DNA from: Nymphaea colorata | Taxonomy: Eukaryota | NCBI RefSeq assembly: GCF_008831285.2 | Contig: NC_045138.2 | Coordinates: 27,590,001-27,654,000, forward strand | DNA: 64,000 nucleotides | Reading direction: 5' to 3' | Shown here: positions 14,601 through 30,379 of the stretch, one piece after another | How the letters are laid out: every line of letters begins with the position of its first letter | Position numbering within the stretch: the first letter of the stretch is position 1 | Notes under the pieces: model-generated | What the model saw: only the letters and a program-made list of their open reading frames with translations | Database searches by the model: none | Told to the model about the DNA's origin: nothing | Program-made: the position numbers and the translations under genes

Positions 14601-14756
14601 CTCTATTTTCTTTTTGCTTTAGGCAAGACCCCATTTCTCAGAACCCGTCTTAAATGGTTATTCTGTTAGGAGGATACCAGTCTGTGTGATTCTGTCTTCG
14701 CTCTAGCTTAGACATTCGGAACAAGTTACTGAGTCTCTTTTGTGATAGTATATAGA

Positions 14757-18432
<3,676 letters not shown>

Positions 18433-19893
18433 GAATGAGATGATAGTGGATATCATATTTTGATGCATTTGAAGCTTTCTCCAATATTCGTTAGTGTTTA
18501 TTATGAATTGGACAAGATCCTTTGCTTTATGCATTGGCAGATGATACTCTTCAATTCATTGCAATTTTATTCGGTGGTAAAGAAATTTTGAATCATTGAT
18601 GCTGAATCTTAATCCCCTTATGCATGGACAAAGAGGGTTTGCCATTAAAGGACTTCTCGATTGATGCCCGAAAGCCAAAGGTTTTGCTTATGCAACATTA
18701 TTTCGAACAACGTTTAGGCAACATTTTCTTCCTTTTTTCGGAGGAAAATTGGCTTTTGCCTCATTTTTAAGACCAAAAAAAAAAAAGTTGAGTGCTTGGC
18801 ATAAGTTTTGCATTGTCAAGTTCAGTCCTTTGCTAAGTATCAACAGGCAGAAAGCAAAAGCTTTACCAAAAAGTTTTTGCTTTTAATCAAATAGCACCTA
18901 GTGGTAACCCCTTGTCTTATCCATTAGGTGGGAAGCTTAGCTTCAACGGTGATGGCATTACAGCCTATCCTGGCGTCGATGCTCAAGATGCCCAAGAAAG
19001 TTCGGACATTCTTGTCTGCCTTCTACCCAGGCGATGGGGTTCATGGGCACCCAATGATCTAGACTTAACAATCCTGCATATGGTCATTCAAATGAATAAT
19101 TCATCCTTTGGTTTTTTAAAAACCTTTATTAACTTTTTCTCCATCTATTACTCTTGACCTTTATAACCGAAGGTTGCAAGTCCAATCCAATGTGAATAAT
19201 AGTATTGGGCCATACCCTGAATTTTTTAATTTATAAAAAATAGAAGCTAATTTTAACTAATTAAAATATCAACAAATTAGTGGTGCATATGCAACAGTAT
19301 TAATAAAAGCAATCCAACTACTAGATAGATAGACCAGTTTAAGTATACTTAGTCTAATCTTTATCAATAAGCTTTTCAAATTCTTGCATTCCGGGGTCCA
19401 TGATCCTTGGCTTCTTCTCTGCAGTAAGTGGCTCTTAAGGGCAGAAACCACCTCAAGCCATACCCAAGGAAGATCCCTAATGCTTTGGCACAGATAGATA
19501 CAATGTGTGAGAAAAGTGTAGAGGATTTTTATATTTGCCCATTTATCTAAAAGTAGTGGAAGTCCTGCATTTGTGAGTACAATGCAAGGGACACCCGTAC
19601 ATGATTATCTGGGTTGCACTAATTAATAGGCGACATGGAGAGAGAGAGAGAGAGAAAACTGTCAAAAATAAGGACAAAGGTTAAGGGCAACGCATGGCAA
19701 CACAATATGATTCCAAGGGAACAGCTCATCTAAAATATCTCATCTTCAAAGCAAAAGCCTGTTAACAAAATTTTTTGCATCTCCGATTTACAACCCAAAA
19801 ATAATTTAATTTCTGAAGGTGCGATATGGGGATCAGAACCTTTCGTGATTTCAAAGTATTCAAGCTTGATGGGAATGCAGAGTTGCAGCAAGT

Positions 19894-22800
19894 TTAAAGC
19901 TCAGCTTTGCTAGATTTTGAAGACCTTGAACCTGTTTTCTTCCCCCTCCACCATTTTTGGATCTTCAGTGATGCTTTTCTTAAGTGCTTTGAAACTCCCG
20001 TCTTTACGTCATTGATTCCCATAGCAAGCTTTTGCTTCCAGTCAGCCTTCTTAGGTTCTTTATTTTTCCAGGCATTCCGCTGCAAAAATCCAGTCACAAA
20101 CATTGGGCGTTGATATTTATTCTCAACATAGATAGGTTATAAATGCATGCCAGAAGATTATGCAACTTAAAAAGAAAATGTATGTTTAGATGGCAATAAC
20201 ATGGTCTTCACAAATCCTACTAGGCATGCAAAAACAGATCTGAAGACGATGACAAGGGTAGAAGTAGTAAGAAAATTGGCATGGGACTAGGCATTCAGTG
20301 AAAGTAGAATCCACATATGAAGTTTTTGCACGGTAAAATCAGGTTAAATAGATCTTTTCAGTCAACTGCAATCATAGAGTGAATAATGGTCACTATTTCA
20401 TATCAAAATTTCCTGCCCTTGGACAATATTCTAGAAAAGGGTATAATTGTAAAATCTGCACTCCATCCTTCTGATTCATGCACAGAGAAGGAAGATGAGA
20501 GAGCTGTAAAAGATAAAGAGGTGATGAATAGGTGGAGTATTAGACTAAAAGTTTACCAAGTTTGAGGTAAGCTCATCATCTTCCTCATCTTCATCATCTC
20601 CAAAGTTTTGCATATTCAACAAATCTTCTTTGGAGTACATTTTCATGCTTGGTGCTCCTGGCATACCCTGGTAGAAGGAATTGCATTTGAAGCCAATGCA
20701 ATATGATAAATGGAGTATATTTCAGGTGATACTTACTTCCATAGACCTTAAAATCTTTTCCATTTCAGCTTCTTTAGATGATTTAGGAACAAAAGGCTCA
20801 CCTGGGACCCTATCCTGAAGAAAACAGAATGAATTAAGTAATTGGTGCTAGAACTGTAGAAATGAATTAAAATTACAGATTAAATAAACAATAAGCTGTC
20901 GTTTCTTTAAGATTTTTAGAATACTAAATTGATCGATGTCCACCATGTCCATAATCTTCTAGCGTGGGAAAGTGGTTGACAAATCAAAAACTTTAAATGA
21001 ATATCGTATATGATATGAAACATCTTTCATCCATCATAATGAAAAATTGAATATAAACTTTGTTTAGATACTTTCACTGTTCCTGCTATATCTTTGTTCC
21101 CCAATCACTTTTGCACCCATAGTCAGGTAAAACAGATCCAGCAATTTTATATGCAGGTCATCCCACTGTTTCTAGAAAAGATATTTGATAGGAAACAAAC
21201 CTAACAAAATATCCAACTCAAAGCATCTAGAAATTAAAGGACCAACTTCACAGACATGCAATCATACTTGTTAATAATAAGTCAAATTATTTATCATAAA
21301 AAGTCTATTCAAAGATCAATTCCAAGGGAAGGACCTCATTTTCCAACTTCGAGGGTTCAGCATTTTAACAAGACAGAACAAGCATTTAATTTGCAATTTG
21401 CATTCTCAAACACAGTATTTACCACTGGGACAGGAGGAGGCTTGGAAGAGCACGCTTTACTGAGATCTTTACAGATATAATTTATCAATTGATTCAACTG
21501 GGGTTTGCTTTTAAACACAAATTCAGCAACATCAGTATCATGATACCCCATGACCTGCAAAAAGTTCAACAAGGAAAAACCTTCAATTTTCACTGACTCC
21601 AAAATTTACATGGCAAGATGAAGAAAAAATCAGATAAAGGTCTTTCATATCTGTGGCTATCAATAGACAAGTTGGGCACAGCTTTTCTATGAAGCTATAA
21701 GTATGAACTATGTTGGTTCCATACACATGAACATGCTACCAAAGATACTTTATCATCTTTTTCTTAGTCCATGATATGCAATTATGAGCTCTACGTGGAT
21801 TAGATCTGGACAGCACTCGATCTAACCATTTGAAACCTACTAGATAACAGGATCATGTGTTGCTACAAAATGCACAAAAACTGTAAGTGAACTGTAGTTC
21901 TATATGAAGAATGAGGTTAGCTTAGAAGAACATGGACTTCTCCGTTCTAACAACCTAGGAAACAGGATACAGGAATCACAGTTCAAAATGCATTCAATAA
22001 GCAATTAAGCATTGAATGAAGCAGAAGCACCAAAAAAAGGAGGGTAAGGATATTTCCACACAAAGCTAAGGTCCTAAATGATATTATTCTTGCAACACTT
22101 TTCATGATAGCATGACCGGTAACATGTCCCACACTAATAAATTTCAACATACCAAGTACACAAGAAAATTGGCACTCCTGGACAATCGAATCTAGCCCTA
22201 AGTTCATGCAGGAATATATAGGTTATAAAATGGAACTAAGATTTCCAATCATTTCTGATAAAGCCATGCTCCTACCTGTTGGCAACCCATATGGCACTTG
22301 CTGCATATAGGACCTCAGGTCAGCAAGTGAACCTAATATTTGGTGCCACAGGTTTGACTTTATAAAAACATAACCATGCGATAGAAGTTACTCCAAGGTT
22401 TTTTTTTTTCCCTCTCAGTAAGCATTAAAAAACAAGGCTAATGAGGCAATACGGTTAAGCGTAAGAAGAAAGGCTAAACATCTATTTGACTGAGCATTAA
22501 CAATCAAGGCTAATAATAAGGCCACTTGATTGAATCAACTTCGGAACCAGCAGATTGAAAAAGGCAAAGTCCAAATCTATAAAAACCTACCTCCTGGCAA
22601 GCTCGCTCGATAGTTTTACATTCTGAGTTACATTGCCCTTCAGATTCTTGTTCAACAAGCTGCAAAGCAAGAAAGGCATCATGAAATGTTTGTTGCAACT
22701 ACATGTACCAAAGTTACATGAGTTTTACAATTGATACTCAGATAGAGAAGCAAAAGCAGGCCAAAGACAAATTAGATCAGATGAATAACGGACAGCATTT

Positions 22801-24586
22801 GTACACCAAAGGTAATGTGCTAATAAACCCAGTTACCCTGAAACTCTTCTAGTTTCAATAAGAAAAGAAGGGAAGTATACAACCAGGAAAATTTGGATAT
22901 TACAATTTATAACCCACGAATCAAGTCATAAGCTGAAGTACTTTTGGCCATTAACATGAGCATCAATAAGAAAACCAAAAGATAAATTTATACCTGAGGA
23001 AGAAATAAAATGATAAGAACAACAGATGAAAGAAGAATAAAAAATTTAACCAAGTGGTTTACATATTTTTCCTCTTTGGCTCTGTCCACAAATAACAAAA
23101 ATGTGATCAAACAATCACTATACACACATGCACCCACATAGTTAACATTACACCTGACAAAGTACCCCAAAAGAAAAAGATTGCATATAACCACTTCACC
23201 TGAAATAGTGAAACTACATGTCAGCTGACATGGTTACTAACAATTATATTAGAGAGAGTATGTACGTCCCACCCAGGCTCAAGCCTCTGATATATAGCGC
23301 ACATGAAGCAAAAATTCTACTGATCTCTATTTATGCTCTCTAAATAGAATATGCCCTAGATACCTACTACTAATCTAACCAATAAATTATGCTCATTTTC
23401 CCTTTTAAGTCTGTCAAATTCTAAACTCTGGTTTGCAGATATAAGCATCTGCTCTTATTACAAGATCTAGAAAGGTCCAAGCCACATTCGTGGTTGGCAA
23501 TGTCCATTTCGCGGAGCACTAGCCAAATTTAGATACATGACTTGAAGTAATTGAAATGCAGTTCAAGATATTTCTTAGAACCTAAAGAGACGTAGATTGC
23601 TTCAAAGCAGATAAAACCCCAAAACAAACAATGTGGCGTCTCATTAAAGGTTGTGCAAAACATTGAATGTGTGTGAGTAGCCTAATAATTCCATACTTTT
23701 TTTTTTAATTGGCAATTTGGCTACAGCACTGGACAGGTTCCAACCTGCGAAAAAATTTACTTCACCTATGCACCCTTACTTCAACTGATAGACATCTTAT
23801 AAATTGGAACGATACTTCAACTGATAAATTGAAACAAAAGAAAGTGAAGCAAATCTAGTTCTACTTTATCTACTCGAAGTTCATGGTTTCCCACGAACAA
23901 TATAAACTTGCAAAGTATCATGCTGCTCGAAAAGCATTAGGCTTATTCTCATCGACATGCAATAAAAATGTTGTGGATTCACTTAAGCACAAACGAGCTC
24001 AAGCAGGAAGACGTGGTAGAAATCATCAAGTCCCTTCATTTCAAGTCGGAATTAAATTTTCATAAATCGATGGAAGATCCAGACGTTGTGAACTCAAACA
24101 ATTTCGCAGCACGAACTATTAAATATGCTTAATTTGAAGAAAAGAAGCCAAAGTGAAGTACCTCCAAGGCGTCTCCCTTCTCGACGATGTCGATCCGAAG
24201 CATCCAATCTCCCCCATGCTTCTTCAAGTCGCATATATTCTCGGCGATTTCTATAATCTGATACTCCGATATCTGAATCCAGAAAATAGTAAGTACGGAG
24301 TAGAAAGCTCATCTATCGATCCATAGAGTGAAGATCCCAGCAAGAGCCTAAAGAACAGGAGGACATCGCGATCAATTCGGGACAAGTTCACCTTTTTCGG
24401 AGAGATCTCGGACGATTTACGCTCGACCTGCGAGAAAAGTTGCCTGGCTACGGTTTCGCAGACCTGGCATCGGATGAAGGGAATGTCCTCCTTTCTGGCG
24501 ACGGCGATCTGCTCCTTCTTCGATGCCGAGGGAGAGACGAAAAGGGACGAGAGAACCAGAGTGAGGAGCACGAAAACCCCGGACAT
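19894..24586 (-). CDS. ER-lumen saposin-B-like / Canopy-related protein (SES1/At4g29520-like), 293 aa, 7 exons
   Basis: Exons (minus) 24586-24392, 24272-24162, 22659-22591, 21554-21423, 20814-20737, 20667-20557, 20079-19894; 882 nt, all introns phase 0. Signal peptide MSGVFVLLTLVLSSLFVSPSAS, CQVC and CNSECKTIERAC cysteine pattern, acidic tract, C-terminal KAEL. The family name is recalled, not searched. Confidence 0.88.
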
Positions 24587-24622
24587 CGTCACACTCTGTG
24601 ACACTCTCGGTGCAAAGTGTAA

Positions 24623-24630
24623 AAACCCTA
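24623..24630. promoter_or_regulatory. Telo-box AAACCCTA just upstream of the saposin-like gene ATG
   Basis: Exact AAACCCTA 37 nt upstream of the ATG; a second copy sits at 29492-29499 upstream of the uncharacterised gene. Confidence 0.4.
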
Positions 24631-24844
24631 GAAGTAGTCGTCTTTCTTCTCTCCTGCTACGGGTTCCTAGAGCGAGCTTTTGGGGCGCCCTCGGCAATTT
24701 CCGTCGTTGTTGCCGTGCATGCGGGTCTATCAGTCTCGGCCAACTCCCAATTCAACGCCGACCTTGACCAAGTGTAGACTGTAAACTCTTTCAAGCAGTT
24801 ATATGGCTTTCGAAAGTTTTAAAGGATAATATAAGGTTTGGAAT

Positions 24845-25104
24845 TAAGCCGGGGCATCCGGCCGGCCCGCTCCGACAACAAGTCGGGCCAGCCCGCGGCG
24901 GCCCAAGCCGGTCCAATTAAATTTAAAAATGTATTTTTAAATATAAAATAATATATAAATATAATGAATTATAATAAAATAATATATATATATATATTAA
25001 TAAAAATTTTAAAAAACCAGTCCCTTTTTCTTGGGCCTGAATCCGGACCCGAGTCGGGCCGAGCATCGGGTACCCAACACGGCCGAATCTGGTGTCCAGC
25101 CTTA
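24845..25104. mobile_element. MITE-like element (GC-rich GGCCC ends, AT-rich core) in the saposin-like gene promoter
   Basis: Imperfect terminal inverted repeats (TAAGCCGGGGCATC ... GGTGTCCAGCCTTA), CCGGCC/GGCCC-rich subterminal blocks and an AT-only centre. No clear TSD. Confidence 0.5.
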
Positions 25105-25228
25105 TTCTCAAATAGTTGATTATGTTTCAAATGTTAAAAGTGACAAACTCTTTATACCACACAAAAAAAGAAGGATGGTTGCATAGGTTGAAGCATGACG
25201 ACATGGTAAGGTTCTAAAAGGAACGATC

Positions 25229-25282
25229 AGTCTCTCTTGCTTACCTAAAATCATAAGTCTCTCTTCATTACCTAAAATCATA
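25229..25282. repeat. 27-bp tandem duplication
   Basis: AGTCTCTCTTGCTTACCTAAAATCATA followed by AGTCTCTCTTCATTACCTAAAATCATA. Confidence 0.85.
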
Positions 25283-26179
25283 TGGCTTAGGTGAATAAAA
25301 TGGAATACAATGAAGTGATGCCCGTGAAGCCGAAGCTATCTAGCGATTCATTGCATGCCTTCAAAGATGTCTCTCGAAAACGTTCCTCGGTTTGGGGATC
25401 ATCTTTTTCCAGTCTATTGTTATGAAAAATTGAAATATGTTGCAATAAACGGTATAGCGCAAAAAACACAAATCAAACACAATAAAATGAATCTGAAAAG
25501 GGAGTCAAAATTTCTTGAGTAGTTATAATACTATAAATTCATTAGCATAGGAAAGTCATGGGTACAAAGTTAGAGGTCTTACGAGGTATGGGGAGCATTG
25601 AAGAGACTTTAGAGGATGTCTAAAAAAAACAGTGTGTTCTTAGAACACATGCTTGTAAAACACACAAAAAAATACCATATTTGTGATTCAGAAAACATGA
25701 TCCATGTGATATACCGCTGATACAGAACCGTAATTTTCTTGTTTTCAATTGTCTTAAAAGGCTTGTAAAATTCATGAAATACAAAATTCAAGCATAGACG
25801 TAACCAGCTGGTCATGCCAAACATTTCATCCATACATGGTTTAAAGAATGCAATTAACAACGCGGAAGATTCAAATCCATCTGCAACATATACAGATCTC
25901 CTAGAATTCCCAGGAAATTACTGCTCTCATTCATAAAATAGTAGGCCCTGATAACCCCGACAATTCACGTCCTTAACTCGCAAAAATTGACTCCATTTTC
26001 AAAAGCTTGCATCATCAATATGACTGGTACTCCACTGCCCAATTTGACGTTTCATTGGAGGGAAGGTCCGCGTTGTCGAGAATCTCGAGTCTGTAGTTGC
26101 GCACGTTCGGGAATGCATATTCTCATTCTTCTTCTGATGAGAAATTCAAGAGAAATTTCAGTGTATCTCATTCCTCTGT

Positions 26180-29100
26180 CTAATTTGCATCTTCATCAGA
26201 AGATGGATTCTCTACCTCACCACCATCAGAACTATCATCCATGTGAATAGGAGACTTGTGCCCCACAGAGTCATCATCGATCTCATACTTCTGAAATTTC
26301 ACTTTTGTTTTTCCATGCACTATGATATCCTTTCTTTTTCTACCCTTGTTTTTGGCAAAATTCTTTCCCCGAGAAGCAGTCACAAACTGAATGGAAGCCG
26401 TTTCAGCATCCTGAACAACAGGTTTCTCTTCCTTCTCAACATCGATATAGAAAAGATCAGCATCATGCTCTGGTTCCTGATCGTGAGTCTGATGCATGGG
26501 AACTGACTGTTCTTTATCCATCGCCATGTCAAACCCAAGCCTTGACATGTTCTCAACAAACTCTCTCAAACCTTTGTCCTCCAGATTGAAAAGCCACTCT
26601 GACCTCACCAAAAATTGTGAATAAAATCAAAACACTGAATAAACAAGGCAATTGAAAACAGATATATAACCAGTGAACTCACTGAGAAGTCCTTGAGGGG
26701 TTGATAAATCTGACGCAGTTGATTTATCAACACCTGCTGCACTACTGATACAGCTGATCAAGTTTGTAGGAAGATTTGATCGGGAGAATGCATTTGTATA
26801 CGAAACAGCCCTGTCATGATCCTCCTCAGACCTGTTATCAATCACTGGCATTAATTTGTGACTGGAAATAACCTACCAATGCATTGTTCACGCAAATAAC
26901 CTCAATAAAAAAAAAATAAAAAAAGTCCATCACATTAAATATGTGACCCTAGAAATTCATCGAAAACTTCTCAAACTTGGGTTCCACATGACATTAACTT
27001 ATGTATGTTTGCATCTAACACGAGACAAATCGTGTGTATATACCTTGCCAGCTGTATTGCCTTATGGGTTACAACCAATTTTGTCAGTAAGAAGCTCCCT
27101 AAGGAACCAACGGAACCATCATCCACTGTCCCTGGCTTGAGGAAGGAAAATTCAGGTAATATTACAGCATCATAAAGAACTCTTCGTAGTAGTTTTTGCT
27201 CCTCAATATCCTGCATTAAACGATATTTCCCGTTTAGAATTCATGAAAAAGAATCGTGCACAATTCTGGCTGCAGACACTAAAAACCAATTGACTTGCAC
27301 TAAAACAAGCAAAATCTCCTCAAATATCACTTCAGATTAATTATGAACCTGACATCTATGAACTATCAAATTTGAGTGCTCACCAATAAAGAGGTGACGG
27401 GTAAGGTTGGCAGTAGCAGCTGCCTCAAGAGAATCCCTGGTTGAAATAATAGAAAAAAAGGGTTAGTTACATATATGATAATATACATAACGTAACATCA
27501 AATGCACAGTTGCCACAGACAGAAGCAAGCCAAATTTTACGCTGGCAAGAAGAAATATATGAGAAAAATATATCACCTAAGATCGCTTATGCTGTACAAG
27601 ATATCAACCAATTGATATAGTGGTTCTATGACTAGATTGCCTTTACCCCGTGGAAAAAAAAACATTAACCAACTTAGCAGATTAGCTATTGCTAAATCGA
27701 CCACCTGAATAAGGAAAGAACAATGAAACAAAACTAAGTTCTTTAGAGAAAGAATCTTGCATATTATACAATGATTTTCAATGCAATTGACAGATAAGAA
27801 AAACCAGTCAAAAGTTATATCTTACTGAGAGGTAGAATGATTAACTAAATTAGGTACGATAGCATCATGAAGCATCTCTTTATCTGTTATCATCATTTTG
27901 AGTTGCCTTTAATCCTTTTTATTTAAAGTTAAAATTGGAGATGACATTCTTATCACCATTGGCACTGTAATGATGTTAAATACGAAAACTGCTCAATAAC
28001 AAGCCAAGACTTCAGTTGCAAATCTATGGTTAACACTTAACACCACAGGAATAAAGGAGAAGAACAAGAAAACAGAAATCACTGGCCATGTAATGGTGAA
28101 TTAAAAAGCTGCAAGACCAGCGGCTGATATTCAAATTTTTCATAAACCCAGTTGATTGCTTCCGGTTATGTGAACAATTCAAGTTACTGCCACTATAAGC
28201 CTCAGATGTAAGATGGTGTCTAAATGAAAGAACCCAAACCGTATCCAAATCAGTTTAGCAAGGCAATTAACTGTAGAAACAAAACGATTTTAAACCACAA
28301 TTGGTAATCCTACGAACTTAGCAAGGTAATTAACTATAGAAACGGCACAATTTAAAGCCATAGTTGATCATCCTACGAAGAAGGAAACGACCTACAAGGC
28401 TACAATTTTAAATTTATCCACTTATACTCAATTGGCAACTGAAGTGCACAAGAAGAGGAAACGAGTAGTAAAAATTTTCGAGATGTAGAGCCAGAGAAAC
28501 AAAACATCACCAAAAAAATTCAAGTTTCGGAATCCCATGATGCTACCAACAGCCCACCCCGTCAATTCCTTCCGCAATGCATCTTTTGCAATCCCATTCT
28601 TTCCGCGGAACTGGTCAATGATCTTCAAGCATAACCTAAGCAAGAAAACCTCACTCATAACAAGTCCAGCCAGAACTCCCAATCCGCATTCTTTTTCAAA
28701 AATTCCTTTTAGAATTTCATCGCCAACCAGCGGAAAGAACGCCCCGAGTTGATCCTTCTCATCAGAAGCTTCACTCATTCTCAGTGAGCGACTTATACTC
28801 CAGACACTAATGAACTCCAGCAGATCGCGAAAAGCGATGGAATTGTGCCCTTTATTCACGTCGCACGCGCTTAAATACTTAGACATTCCGTCTATCAAAT
28901 GCCGAATTTTCCTTGCTGATTTCTTCTCACTCTTGCTAGAAACCACCCCTGATCCCTCCACAAAGATCGCCACGACGATTTCGAATATCTCAGAAACCAA
29001 TGGAGCCAGTGCTGCGGCGCTTTTCTCACCGGAGGAAGAGGTCGTGCACGAAGAGATTGTCTGAAAGAGCTTACGGGCGAAGGAGACTCGATCAGAAAGC

Positions 29101-29357
29101 GAAATTCCCGCGGTATCGACCTCATGCAAATGCGAAAGAGCGAAGCACCAGACGATTTCGAGAGGAGCATCGATTCTCGCCTGCACCAAGCGAGCGAAAA
29201 CCAATCTAAATTCCGAAAAGTTGCGTCTGCCGCCTTTGAATTCCTCCAGCAGCCTCTCTACCGAATCCTTTGACAGTTTCACGTAGTTCTTGCTCGTGAG
29301 GAGATCGAAATTGTCCGCCGCTCGATCTCCTTTCTCTATAAAGACAACGTCCTCCAT
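26180..29357 (-). CDS. Uncharacterised plant protein, 544 aa, 5 exons
   Basis: Exons (minus) 29357-28511, 27436-27384, 27210-27044, 26831-26683, 26598-26180; 1635 nt in frame with GT-AG introns. Helical-looking N-terminal region, core WAVGSIMGFRN...LPVTSLL...LLRRVLYDAVIL, DLFYID motif, basic KGRKRK and acidic tail. The first ATG is 29357 (the ORF-track start at 29375 is non-ATG). Confidence 0.85.
28255..28379. repeat. ~63-bp diverged tandem duplication in intron 1 of the uncharacterised gene
   Basis: TTAGCAAGG(C/T)AATTAACT(G/A)TAGAAAC...ATCCTACGAA occurs twice with period 63. Confidence 0.8.
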
Positions 29358-30379
29358 TTTCTTCGCGAATTCCACAAGGATTTGAAATAGGGCTTGGAAG
29401 GCAACTTACGGCTTCCTGGCTCGCTGTCGAAGATAGTTTGGGATTTCTCTCTCTTCTTCTGAACCTCCACAGAGACGCTTAAACCCTCCAAAAACCCTAG
29501 CGCATACAGGTTTTGACGAAAGTCCAAGCGGGTCGGATATTTTCAATTATTCAATTTCATCATCATTATCCTGGGATTTGGATTTGGATCGTTGCAGTTT
29601 CAGGCTGGCGTCTGGGCATCGGTACCGATAGATATTCGGTATTCGGTCAGACTCGGGCTTCAATCGACTTCCAAAATTGGCTTCATAAATTGTCGAAAAT
29701 GAGATTTTAGAAGCATGCAAACTTTTTTATCATTCAAGACAAAAACAGTATTTTTGCAGTTTTTTGACAACAATAAAATGAGAAATGTAACTTTTCTTTT
29801 GTTCAAACATCAAGACACAACTAAAATGACTTAAAACAATTAAGTATTTTAAAGTCGATCATAAAACCGTACGTAAAACAATTAAAACGATCTCATGCTC
29901 CTATTATGTATTGCGAAACATATTAAGTTCCAATAAATATTTTCAAACAAACAGTTTTGAAGGTTAATTTAAATCAACTCATAACTTTCTTTTTGTAGAC
30001 AATGTAAACTACTAACTACTATATGCATTTAATGTTACCTTCTTCCCAAAGAGATAAAATTTCAAATATGAATATTTCTTTTTCGCATTACCATAAATCA
30101 GGTTTGAGCAGAATTTCCACATTTGACAGGCAAAAGTAAAAACAGAGATAAAATTTTTAAAAAATTAGATTTCAAGTTAATATTAAATTTTTAAAACTAT
30201 AATTCGGTCTCCTCATCAAAAAAAAAAAAAAATCCATGAGGCGTTGTGGAGAAGAGGCCTTGATATTTCAGGTCCGAACCCGAGGACGGCTTTCTGGTCA
30301 TTCTATGGTCGCCGGCTTTCTCCTCCTATATACGTAGTTGCAAGGAGGCGTTTCGGGGGTGCGATGGAAGGAGGAGGGA

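Noticed and set aside
14400..14669. 89-aa ORF upstream of PRMT1; faint LINE-like IGDG on the minus strand
   Set aside because: Non-ATG start, no recognisable domain, and the LINE resemblance needs frameshifts.
24587..24697. ORF-track N-terminal extension of the saposin-like gene
   Set aside because: Begins at a non-ATG codon; the ATG at 24586 directly precedes a normal signal peptide.
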